Positions 1 to 8,237 of a DNA stretch of 64,000 nucleotides are shown in pieces (position 1 is the stretch's first letter; each line of letters begins with the position of its first letter). The notes beneath the pieces were generated by a model. The model did no database searches, was not told where the DNA came from, and saw only the letters and a program-made list of their open reading frames with translations. The DNA lies in NCBI GenBank assembly GCA_963667805.1, contig OY764016.1, positions 2,346,998 through 2,410,997 of the forward strand, given 5' to 3'. The stretch comes from Candidatus Poribacteria bacterium. GTDB lineage: Bacteria > Poribacteria > WGA-4E > WGA-3G. A program made the position numbers and the translations under genes.

Positions 1-450
1 CCCGGAACCGTCCATTTCTTGGACGGAGAAGCAGGCGAACCGCAAGCCGAATGTGATCGACTTAATCGAATTATCTCGCAACATCAGATTGACGTGGCGT
101 TCGTAGGTATCGGTGAGAATGGACATCTCGCTTTCAACGATCCACCGGCGGATTTTGAGACAGAAGATCCGTATATCTTGGTGGAATTAGATGAGGCATG
201 CCGGCTGCAACAGGTCGGCGAGGGTTGGTTTGGAGGCATTGATGATGTGCCGACCCAAGCAATTTCAATGTCCATTCGCCAAATCGTGAAGGCGAAAGCA
301 ATTGTTTGCACTGTGCCGGATGAACGAAAGGCGGAGGCAGTGCGGAATTGCTTGCACGGCGAGATAACGCCATTGCACCCTGCTTCGATTTTACAGACGC
401 ATCCAGATTGTGCGGTATTTTTGGACGCCGGGTCGGCATCGTTGTTGTAG
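1..450 (+). CDS. nagB: glucosamine-6-phosphate deaminase/isomerase family protein (NagB-like), 5' end outside window
   Basis: Open frame from position 1; motif [14 protein letters not shown] matches the NagB/6-phosphogluconolactonase family signature; stop at 450. Confidence 0.7.
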   Translation, partial: PGTVHFLDGEAGEPQAECDRLNRIISQHQIDVAFVGIGENGHLAFNDPPADFETEDPYILVELDEACRLQQVGEGWFGGIDDVPTQAISMSIRQIVKAKAIVCTVPDERKAEAVRNCLHGEITPLHPASILQTHPDCAVFLDAGSASLL

Positions 451-476
451 AAAATGGAGGGTGTCGATGAAAGATG

Positions 477-1516
477 CAATTAGAGTTGGGATCATTGGTG
501 TCGGTGGGACAATCGGCAGCACGACCGCTATTCTCGCCGCAGAGCCGAACGTAGAACTCGTCGCTTTGGCGGATCCGGATCCCACCCGCAGGAAACGGGT
601 CTTGGATGGGATTAAAGGGGTCCGCGTTTTCGATGATTATCGGCAGATGTTTGACGCCTGCGATTTAGACGCAGTCTGCATTGGACTTCCGACGTGGATG
701 CACGCCCCTGTCTCGCAGGAAGCGTTGGAACTTGGATTGCATGTACTCTGTGAAAAACCACCATCAAACGATGCAGCAGAGTTAATACCGGTCACGCAGC
801 TTGCCGCAACCAAAGGTCTTGTTTATATGTTCGTCCGCCAATCGCGGTTCACGTCCCAGTTGATGGAGGGACGTAGGCTTGTGCAGGCTGGGGAACTCGG
901 GGACGTATATTACGCGGAGACTCGATGGATACGCACGCGATGGTGTTCTGCACGCGGATGGCGGCACGATAAAGCGAAAGGTGGTGGGGTCCTCCTGGAT
1001 CTCGGTATTCACGCCATTGATAACGTCTGGTTTATGATGGGCAATCCGCGTCCCACAGAGGTCATGGCTGGAATGTATTGCACTTTTTCCGATCTCGCGC
1101 CTCCTGAACAAATTTACACCGCAGATGATGCTGCTTGCGGGTTTGTGCGGTTTGAGAACGGGTGCACCTTGCATTTTGCTGTCGCGTTTTCGATGAATAC
1201 CACAAATCGGCAGGCGCCAGCAAAGGGGAGCGATCTGGTCAAAAGTGAGACGCAGGAGTTTCAACTTTACGGAACGAAGGGAGGCCTCGAAAGCGGAAAA
1301 CTACTCGTTGGGACACCGGACGGTGTTAAGGTCAAACCCATAAAAGCACCCCCACAGAAGGCGAATGAGGTAACACTTCAGGCGCGAGAATTCATTCGAG
1401 CGATTCGGGAAGGCGATGAACCCCTTAATTCCGGTTCACAGGCAGTAATGCTGATGCAAATGCTCGATGGAGCAATGAAATCCAGTGAAATCGGCAGTGC
1501 CGTTGCGATTCTTTAA
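477..1516 (+). CDS. Gfo/Idh/MocA family oxidoreductase
   Basis: N-terminal Rossmann motif IRVGIIGVGGTIG, EKP motif (LCEKPPS), typical length; SD GGAGGG before ATG 477; TAA stop lies inside repeat module A. Confidence 0.8.
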
Positions 1517-1655
1517 TTTTACTTTGCGGTTCGGTGAGGCAGGTTGGGACATTCATGTTCCTTTCCGTATATCTGAAAAAACCCCAAGCAAAAACCCCTC
1601 AACTACGCTTACGGGCTGCGCGCTTTTGTTATGCTTGTTGCAGGCTAAGGTTTTG
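1512..1655 (+). repeat. intergenic repeat family 1, full copy (modules A-B-C-D)
   Basis: TTTAATTTTACTTTGCGGTTCGG (A) ... CCTTTCCGTATATCTGAAAAAA (B) ... CCCAAGCAAAAAC..CTACGCTTACGGGCTGCG (C) ... GTTGCAGGCTAAGG (D, inverted); module A contains TAA stop of upstream gene. Confidence 0.8.
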
Positions 1656-1712
1656 ATTGTATGTTTCAAATGCGAAGCAAACGGACGCAGTATCCCAGGA
1701 GTACATAAAAAA

Positions 1713-2615
1713 ATGTCTACGCAACGCAATTCGGAAATACTTCAACAGAACGGGCTCACACCTCAACAGAAACAGCAATTTCACGAGGACGGCTTTCTGT
1801 TCGTCCGAAACGTGCTGCCAGATGAGGCACTTCAGCCGTTGATTGATGAGTTAGCACAGTTAGTTGATGACGGAACACAAGCGGCAATCAAACATGGAAT
1901 CCTTGACGCGTCGGATACGTATGATGATGAGCCGTTTGAAACGAGATTGGCGCGGGTCTCGAATGCTTGTTCCGATCCAAATTGGATTTGGAGCAACTAT
2001 TTCAGAGACCAGAAAATCCGAACCGCTGGGATGTTCACGCTCAGGACGGCCCCCACCCTCCTTGATGTCGTTGGCTCTCTCATCGGTAACGAGATCTTCG
2101 CGCATCCGCAATTTAATTACCGTGCCAAATTGCCCGATCAAGCGATTACTGTCATCCCTTGGCATCAAGATTTGGCGTATCTTATCCCTGAAGAGGCGGC
2201 GGATACGTTGGTTGTGAACGTTTGGCTTCCACTCATTCGGGCAACGGAAGAGAATGGATGTATGCAAGTCATCCGAGGTTCGCACCGCTATAATCTGATT
2301 GCACACAACTACCAAGATCAGACCCCCGGACATACGGGGGGTAGAGGCATCAGCGATGCGGAGTTGCCGCCGGGTGATGTCGTTACTGCTGAACTTGAGG
2401 CAGGAGATGTTTTGCTGACGAGTGAACGGGTTGTCCACCGTGGACTTCCGAACCGTTCCGATACAGTCCGTTGGAGTGTTGATACACGCTATAGCCAAAT
2501 CGGGTTGCCAACGGGTCGCGAAAATGTTCCTGGATTTATCGCTCGGAGCCGGTTGAATCCTGAGCGTATCACCAAGTCTCATCACGACTGGAACCAGCAG
2601 TTCGAGCCGACTTAA
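1713..2615 (+). CDS. phytanoyl-CoA dioxygenase (PhyH) family Fe(II)/2OG oxygenase
   Basis: N-terminal FHEDGFLFVRNVL, WHQD iron-binding region, C-terminal His; ATG at 1713 chosen because upstream part of the long ORF is read-through of the repeat element. Confidence 0.7.
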   Translation: MSTQRNSEILQQNGLTPQQKQQFHEDGFLFVRNVLPDEALQPLIDELAQLVDDGTQAAIKHGILDASDTYDDEPFETRLARVSNACSDPNWIWSNYFRDQKIRTAGMFTLRTAPTLLDVVGSLIGNEIFAHPQFNYRAKLPDQAITVIPWHQDLAYLIPEEAADTLVVNVWLPLIRATEENGCMQVIRGSHRYNLIAHNYQDQTPGHTGGRGISDAELPPGDVVTAELEAGDVLLTSERVVHRGLPNRSDTVRWSVDTRYSQIGLPTGRENVPGFIARSRLNPERITKSHHDWNQQFEPT

Positions 2616-3640
2616 GCATCCCCAAACTTTTTCTTGAACAGAGAAACCGTATCGTGGTCGGGATGATTCGGGAGTTCAGCGGGTGCCTCCCATTCTTCGG
2701 GGACCTCCGTTAATTTCACAGGTTTACCATCGTTTTCCAGAACCGACTTCCAACCGGCGAGGAAGACGTTCGTTTTGTGTAAAATTTGATCAAACGTCTG
2801 TGGCATCTCGTTGTGGAGTGCCATGTTCTGGAACGCCCAAAGCGTCGGCACCCAGATCTCTGTTTTGTCGAACGGATAACCGGTGCCGGTGTGGATTCTG
2901 AAATTCTCACCGCCGTAGGCTTCCTGTGTGTGAATTTGCACCGTTCCCCACGAACCGCTCACTTGATGAAGGGTCCCGTAGAATTGGCGACCCTCGCTAT
3001 CAACATGCTCGAAGGTGAGAACACCGGGCGGACTGTGCCAACTATCGGCTTGATACGCCACGGACACGACTGGGTTTCCCGCCTCCGCAATCGCTTTGCA
3101 AACCATATAGAGTCCATGGATGCCGTGGGTGGGATAGTCGTCGAACGAATTGGTCGCCGTGTAGCAGATGATTTGCTTATCGCTTGCCCACGCCTTGGCG
3201 CGTGAGATGGCATCGTTGTGCTCATGACTTGATGGTGCAAGAATAGTCGCGCCGTTCTTCTGCGCGAGTTCAATCATTTGCCGTGCTTTCGCGAGGGAGT
3301 TCGTAAACGGACGATTGATGAGGTTCGGCAAACCGGCTTCGAGATACGGTTCATGAAGGATGTGGTTCCATGGGTGATTATAGTAGCCACCGGAGATCAC
3401 ACCGTCTACCTTCCCCAACATATCGTCAAAATTCTTGACAACTTCGCAACCGTAAGGTTCAGCAACCGCTTTCGCCTTTTCGTATTCAATATCCCAACAG
3501 TGAGTGATCCGCATCCCCGTAAAGGGTGTATCTTTCTCACCGGGGCGCGGGTTGATATGCGGTGCCCACAACGGCATGTGTGAATACGAGTCTACGTTCA
3601 GAAATCCGACACGGAAAGGTTCAGCGTTAGGTGCTTGCAT
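2612..3640 (-). CDS. divergent Gfo/Idh/MocA-like oxidoreductase (no canonical GxGxxG)
   Basis: Overall Gfo/Idh/MocA layout (VGFL...H..E..L.AG...NRPF..SL..A..M.ELAQKNG) but glycine-rich loop replaced by NVDSYSHMP. Confidence 0.45.
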   Translation of the reverse strand: MQAPNAEPFRVGFLNVDSYSHMPLWAPHINPRPGEKDTPFTGMRITHCWDIEYEKAKAVAEPYGCEVVKNFDDMLGKVDGVISGGYYNHPWNHILHEPYLEAGLPNLINRPFTNSLAKARQMIELAQKNGATILAPSSHEHNDAISRAKAWASDKQIICYTATNSFDDYPTHGIHGLYMVCKAIAEAGNPVVSVAYQADSWHSPPGVLTFEHVDSEGRQFYGTLHQVSGSWGTVQIHTQEAYGGENFRIHTGTGYPFDKTEIWVPTLWAFQNMALHNEMPQTFDQILHKTNVFLAGWKSVLENDGKPVKLTEVPEEWEAPAELPNHPDHDTVSLFKKKFGDA

Positions 3641-3749
3641 GACTACCTCCTTTTATAGCTCTCAGTCTTCAGTTATCAGTTAATTTCGTGGCAGTTACAA
3701 AATGTAGTCACACTACACAAAACTCTTAACTGACGACCGACAACTGAAA

Positions 3750-3766
3750 GGGTTGCGCAGCAACCC
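3750..3766 (-). terminator. putative intrinsic terminator hairpin downstream of 3781..4941
   Basis: GGGTTGC-GCA-GCAACCC perfect 7-bp stem followed (minus strand) by TTTCAGTT. Confidence 0.4.
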
Positions 3767-3780
3767 GTACTGACAACTAT

Positions 3781-4941
3781 TTACATTGAAACCCACGTTG
3801 AGCCGTTTTCACAAGACTCAACCGCCTTGTAGATGAACTGCATACCCCGCAACCCGTCATAGACTGTCGGAAAATCATAGTCTTCGGTTGGTATGGGATC
3901 GCCGTCAATGTATTGCCGAATGGCTTCGACAACACCGACGTAAATTGTTGCAAACGCTTCCAGATACCCTTCGGGATGCCCTGTCGGGATACGGGCACCT
4001 GCTGCCGCGGCTTCGGAGAGATAGCCCTGACCGCGGGTCAGCGTCTGTCTCGGTTCACCATAACGATAAAGTTCAAGATAGTTCGGATTCTCTTGCGCCC
4101 ATTTCACCGCGCCCTGTTCGGCGTAGACGCGGAGTGTGAGTCCATTTTCTTCGCCGGTGGCGACCTGACTAATGCTTAAAACACCTTTACCGCCACCTTG
4201 GAAACGGAGCAAGGCGTTGACATCCTCATCCAGTACTCTGTCGGGAAGGAAAGTGCTCTTATCAGCACACAGTTCAACAATCGGATCGCCAGTAACGTAT
4301 TCAAGCAGATTCACGCAGTGTGTGCCGACATCCCCCATCGTGCCGCCGATCCCGGATTGCGCCGGATCGACACGCCACGCGGCTTGTTTCTGACCGAGTT
4401 TCTCGTGCGGGACCATCAAGAAGTCCTGTAGGTATTCGACGATGACCTTGCGAATTGGTCCCATCGCGCCTTCAGCGAACAACGCTCGCGCATGCCGCAC
4501 GAGCGGATGCCCCGTGTAATTGTGTGTCAATGCAAAAACAAGTCCCGAATCCTCAACCAGTTTCACAAGTGCCTCGGCTTCATCGAGACTGTAGGTCATC
4601 GGTTTATCGCAAACAATGTGGAAACCCGCATCCAGAAACGTCTTTGCGATCTCAAAGTGGGAGATGTTCGGTGTGACAATGCTCACGAAGTCGATGCGTT
4701 CATTTTCGGGGCGCGCGGCTTCGGCTTCCGCCATCTCTGCATAACTGTTGTAGCAACGGTCTGGATCGAGATACAACTCAGCACCGGTGGTTCTTGTGTT
4801 CTCCGGGTCGCGTGAGAAACACCCGGCGACGACTTCAATTTGCTGATCGAGTGTGGCAGCGATTCGATGCACACCCCCAATAAACGCACCCTGCCCACCA
4901 CCGACCATACCCATTCGTAATTTCCGATTCCAAGATTCCAT
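3781..4941 (-). CDS. Gfo/Idh/MocA family oxidoreductase
   Basis: MGMVGGGQGAFIG Rossmann motif, CDKP motif, family-typical C-terminal domain; possible alternative start at 4914. Confidence 0.8.
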   Translation of the reverse strand: MESWNRKLRMGMVGGGQGAFIGGVHRIAATLDQQIEVVAGCFSRDPENTRTTGAELYLDPDRCYNSYAEMAEAEAARPENERIDFVSIVTPNISHFEIAKTFLDAGFHIVCDKPMTYSLDEAEALVKLVEDSGLVFALTHNYTGHPLVRHARALFAEGAMGPIRKVIVEYLQDFLMVPHEKLGQKQAAWRVDPAQSGIGGTMGDVGTHCVNLLEYVTGDPIVELCADKSTFLPDRVLDEDVNALLRFQGGGKGVLSISQVATGEENGLTLRVYAEQGAVKWAQENPNYLELYRYGEPRQTLTRGQGYLSEAAAAGARIPTGHPEGYLEAFATIYVGVVEAIRQYIDGDPIPTEDYDFPTVYDGLRGMQFIYKAVESCENGSTWVSM

Positions 4942-4980
4942 AATGCTTTACTCCAAACAGGATTTTAAATATATTTACTG

Positions 4981-5108
4981 CATTCCTCAGCCGTAGCCTG
5001 CAACAATACGCAGAAATACCCTATCAAAAACACGCAGACGGATTTGAGGGATGTTCATCACAGTTTTAATCAATGTCATTCTTCCGCAAGGTAAGATTAA
5101 AAATTCAA
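4981..5108 (-). repeat. intergenic repeat family 1, diverged full copy
   Basis: CCGTAGCCTGCAACAATACGCAGAAATACC (D) ... CCGCAAGGTAAGATTAAAAATTCAA (A, inverted) containing TAA stop of minus-strand gene 5097..6149. Confidence 0.7.
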
Positions 5109-6149
5109 TCCAAGGATATCCCGATTCCGTGCAGTGTCGGTTTCTCCGCCCGCAAAGTCATCAAAAGCGACATCGGTCGTTTCGATAATATGTTTGGCAA
5201 TAAACGGTGCACCTTCTGCCGCCCCTTGCTCTGGACTTTTAACACAACATTCCCATTCCAGGACCGCCCAGCTGTCGTAACCCGCTTCGGTCAGGAGTGT
5301 GAACACCTGTGTGAAATCCACTTGCCCATCACCAAGTGAACGGAATCTGCCAGCACGTCCAGCCCATGATTGATAACCTCCGTAAACCCCAACCCGACCT
5401 GTTGGACGGAATTCAGCATCTTTAACGTGGAATCCCTTGATGCGTTCGCTGTAAAGTCGGATGAAGTCGATATAGTCGAGCTGTTGAAGGAGAAAATGGC
5501 TTGGGTCGTAGTTGAGGCAGGCGGCGGGATGGTTGTCCGTATAATCTAAGAACATCTCATAGGTCGCACCGTCGTAAATGTCTGAACCCGGATGGAGTTC
5601 GTAGGCGAAGACCTGACCGTTATCGTGTGCCAGATCCAGAAGTGGTCGCCAACGTGCGGCGAGTTCTTTGAACGCCTCTTCAATAATTCCATCGGGACGC
5701 TGGGGCCACGGGTAGATCGTATGCCACGCGAAGCCACCTGAAAGCACAGGAATGACATCCAGTCCCATATTCACCGAGGCGTGGATACATTTCGTTAATT
5801 CTTCTGTTGCCCATGCTGTTCTTTCGGCACCTCGTAAGCCGGGCGGATGGAACGCCTCAAACATAACTTCATACGCGGGATGCACAGCCAAGACCTGTCC
5901 AGCGAGATAACCGGCGACCTCTGTCGCTTCAAGTCCCATCTCGTTGAGTGTCCCTTTGAATTCGTCGCAATAGGTTTTAGATTCAGCGGCTTTTCCGATG
6001 TCAATGACGCGATCGTCCCAATTCGGGATTTGGACGCCTTTGTACCCCAAGCCCGCAACCCATTTCCCGATATTTTCCATCGTGTCGTATGGTGCCTCGT
6101 CCCGCATAAATTGGGCGAGGAAGATAGCTGGACCTTTGATTTTCGGCAT
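5097..6149 (-). CDS. sugar phosphate isomerase/epimerase (xylose isomerase-like TIM barrel)
   Basis: 350 aa; conserved HPGSD, YDPSHF and VKDAE motifs of the XI-like TIM barrel family; TAA stop embedded in repeat module A. Confidence 0.75.
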   Translation of the reverse strand: MPKIKGPAIFLAQFMRDEAPYDTMENIGKWVAGLGYKGVQIPNWDDRVIDIGKAAESKTYCDEFKGTLNEMGLEATEVAGYLAGQVLAVHPAYEVMFEAFHPPGLRGAERTAWATEELTKCIHASVNMGLDVIPVLSGGFAWHTIYPWPQRPDGIIEEAFKELAARWRPLLDLAHDNGQVFAYELHPGSDIYDGATYEMFLDYTDNHPAACLNYDPSHFLLQQLDYIDFIRLYSERIKGFHVKDAEFRPTGRVGVYGGYQSWAGRAGRFRSLGDGQVDFTQVFTLLTEAGYDSWAVLEWECCVKSPEQGAAEGAPFIAKHIIETTDVAFDDFAGGETDTARNRDILGLNF

Positions 6150-6416
6150 TCTACCTGTTACTCCTGTCTTTGTATGTAATCCGTAACAATATAAGAGGTG
6201 TAAGTGTTGTTATTAAGTACGCCATTCAGTTTCAAATCGGCGAAAAATAATTACCAAAAGTTCGCAAACTTCGGGTATAATATACAAAAGTTGCTGTGTA
6301 ATGTCAAGAGTTTTAGAGGTAGATATAAGGTCTTTTAATTTTTCCAATTATCCGAATCGCGGATTATACAGGTTTCACAGATAATAACCTTTTATTAAAA
6401 ACGCAGCCCGTAATGA

Positions 6417-6440
6417 AATTATGCCTTAAACGGCATAATT
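6417..6440. promoter_or_regulatory. perfect palindrome in divergent intergenic region (candidate operator)
   Basis: AATTATGCC-TTAAAC-GGCATAATT, 9-bp arms, between divergently transcribed 5097..6149 and 6546..7391. Confidence 0.35.
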
Positions 6441-6506
6441 TGTCTTTGCTTTACATTTGGAGGGCGGATATACGGAAATGCCCATCAAGTACGAAACCCA
6501 CCTCAT

Positions 6507-6530
6507 CGAACCGCAAGGTATAATTAAAAA
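6507..6530 (-). repeat. repeat family 1, solo module A upstream of ABC ATPase start
   Basis: CGAACCGCAAGGTATAATTAAAAA, 16 nt before GTG 6546. Confidence 0.6.
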
Positions 6531-6545
6531 GCGAAAGGAAAAAGA

Positions 6546-7391
6546 GTGGAACAACCTATCTATGGATTGACGGTTCGCGGGGTAACGAAACATTTCCATC
6601 GGACCAAGCAAACGAACGATAAACCGCGTTTTCATCAAAAACTTCAGCATATATTCAGGCGCGAGAAGGAAGTCATCCGCGCAGTTGACGACATCTCTTT
6701 AGAGGTAAACATCGGGGAAATCTACGGTATTCTCGGCGCGAATGGATCGGGAAAGTCGACGCTGATTCGTCTCATTTCGACGCTGCTCCTGCCCGATGCT
6801 GGGAGTATTCAGGTCTTCGGCGACGATGTCGTGACAAATAGTCTGAAGGTTCGACAGGTGATGAACCGCGTCTCTGTTGAGGCTTCTTTCTTTAAACGTC
6901 TCTCTTCGGAAGAGAACCTGATTTATGCTGCCCGCCTCTACGGTATCCCCGCTCCCGAAGCCGAACGAAAATCAAAACAGATTTTAGAAAGACTCGGTTT
7001 TGATGCAGATCGGATGAACGAAGAGATGGAACATCTCTCGCGTGGGATGCAACAGAAAGTCGCCATCGCACGTGCCTTACTCACCACTCCCATGCTACTC
7101 CTGCTCGATGAACCCACGACAGGACTCGATCCGAAATCTAAGCGCGATGTGCAAGCCTTTATTGAGGAGATCCGTCAAGAACGGAACGCTGTCATAGTGC
7201 TAACGACGCACGATATGGCGGAGGCAGAGCGGTTGTGCGATAAGATCGCGATTATTGATAAAGGACGGTTTATCGCAGAAGGAACGGTAGAAGAACTCAT
7301 CGCGAATGCCCCATCACAGAACGGGGTGCCAGCGACGTTGGAGGACGTGTTTATCGCGCTAACGGGTAAAGGGATTGAGGAGGAGGACTAA
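6546..7391 (+). CDS. ABC transporter ATP-binding protein
   Basis: Walker A GANGSGKST, ABC signature LSRGMQQKVAIARAL, Walker B LLLDEPTTGLD; GTG start 6546 preceded by AAGGAAAA and repeat module A. Confidence 0.9.
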   Translation: MEQPIYGLTVRGVTKHFHRTKQTNDKPRFHQKLQHIFRREKEVIRAVDDISLEVNIGEIYGILGANGSGKSTLIRLISTLLLPDAGSIQVFGDDVVTNSLKVRQVMNRVSVEASFFKRLSSEENLIYAARLYGIPAPEAERKSKQILERLGFDADRMNEEMEHLSRGMQQKVAIARALLTTPMLLLLDEPTTGLDPKSKRDVQAFIEEIRQERNAVIVLTTHDMAEAERLCDKIAIIDKGRFIAEGTVEELIANAPSQNGVPATLEDVFIALTGKGIEEED

Positions 7392-7395
7392 AGTT

Positions 7396-8202
7396 ATGCT
7401 GAATCTTGTTCGGGAAACGATTGTCTCCTACGCGTTCATTGAACGGAACTTCAATCTGCTGAAGCGGTATCTGAGCTGGGAAATCCTCTTTTTCAGTTAT
7501 TCGATCGTCAATGCACTAACAATCGGCTTGATTATGGTAGGGCGTGGCAGCAGTGAAGATGTGCTTTATCTGGTCATTGGCGCATTAATCTGGGGATTTC
7601 TCTCCGTTATGATGCGTGAGGTCAGCGATGCGATTACATGGGAGCGGTGGGAAGGGACGATTGAATATACTTTCATGGCTCCGATTTATCGCATCACACA
7701 TCTTGTGGGTTCATGTCTATTTGCGATTCTGTACGGGTTGCTTCGGACGGCTTTGGTTTTGGCGATAATGCCCCTCTTTTTTGGAGAACACATTGACTTA
7801 AGCAATGCGAATTGGCTAACACTGGTGGTCACTGTTCTTATCTCCAGCCTCTCTTTCATTGGGATCGGTCTGATGGCGGCGATCTTTCCACTGCTCTCAC
7901 CGGAGAAGGGACAAGCCGCAACGGGTATCATTCAGTCGATGCTACTTTTGGTCTCCGGTATCTACTATGAAATAGAGGTGCTACCGGCATGGCTTCAACC
8001 AATTTCTCAAATTTCGCCTGCCACATATACACTCAGATCGATTCGTGCAGCGATGCTTGAGAACGCGTCCGTTGAGAGCCAGGTTGGCAATTTGTCTTTA
8101 CTGCTTGTCATTGGAGTCCTACTCATTCCACTTGGATTTTGGGTTTTCCATTTGGGTGAAAAATACGCCAAACGCGTGGGTAGGTTAAAAAGGAGTGGGT
8201 AG
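7396..8202 (+). CDS. ABC-2 type transporter permease
   Basis: About 6 predicted TM helices, ABC-2 family pattern, immediately follows the ATPase; ATG 7396 after GAGGAGGA. Confidence 0.75.
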   Translation: MLNLVRETIVSYAFIERNFNLLKRYLSWEILFFSYSIVNALTIGLIMVGRGSSEDVLYLVIGALIWGFLSVMMREVSDAITWERWEGTIEYTFMAPIYRITHLVGSCLFAILYGLLRTALVLAIMPLFFGEHIDLSNANWLTLVVTVLISSLSFIGIGLMAAIFPLLSPEKGQAATGIIQSMLLLVSGIYYEIEVLPAWLQPISQISPATYTLRSIRAAMLENASVESQVGNLSLLLVIGVLLIPLGFWVFHLGEKYAKRVGRLKRSG

Positions 8203-8237
8203 TACTGAATTGGGTTATTGTACTACATTGAATTATC

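Noticed and set aside
84-479. Numerous 60-280-aa ORFs in the six-frame track that overlap strong genes on the opposite strand or in alternate frames. Examples are 84..479, 782..1264, 1860..2585, 2786..3205, 9564..10400, 17996..18541, 53774..54406 and 62298..62765.
   Set aside because: They lie entirely inside well-supported genes with recognisable family motifs, have no motifs of their own, and have compositions typical of antisense read-through. I treat them as spurious.
1485-1712. N-terminal 76-codon extension of the PhyH ORF (MKSAVPLRFFNFTLRFGEAGWDIHVPFRISEK...)
   Set aside because: These codons are a translation of repeat family 1 copy 1512-1655. The same DNA repeat gives similar pseudo-peptides at 24781..25023, and the conserved PhyH N-terminus begins at ATG 1713.
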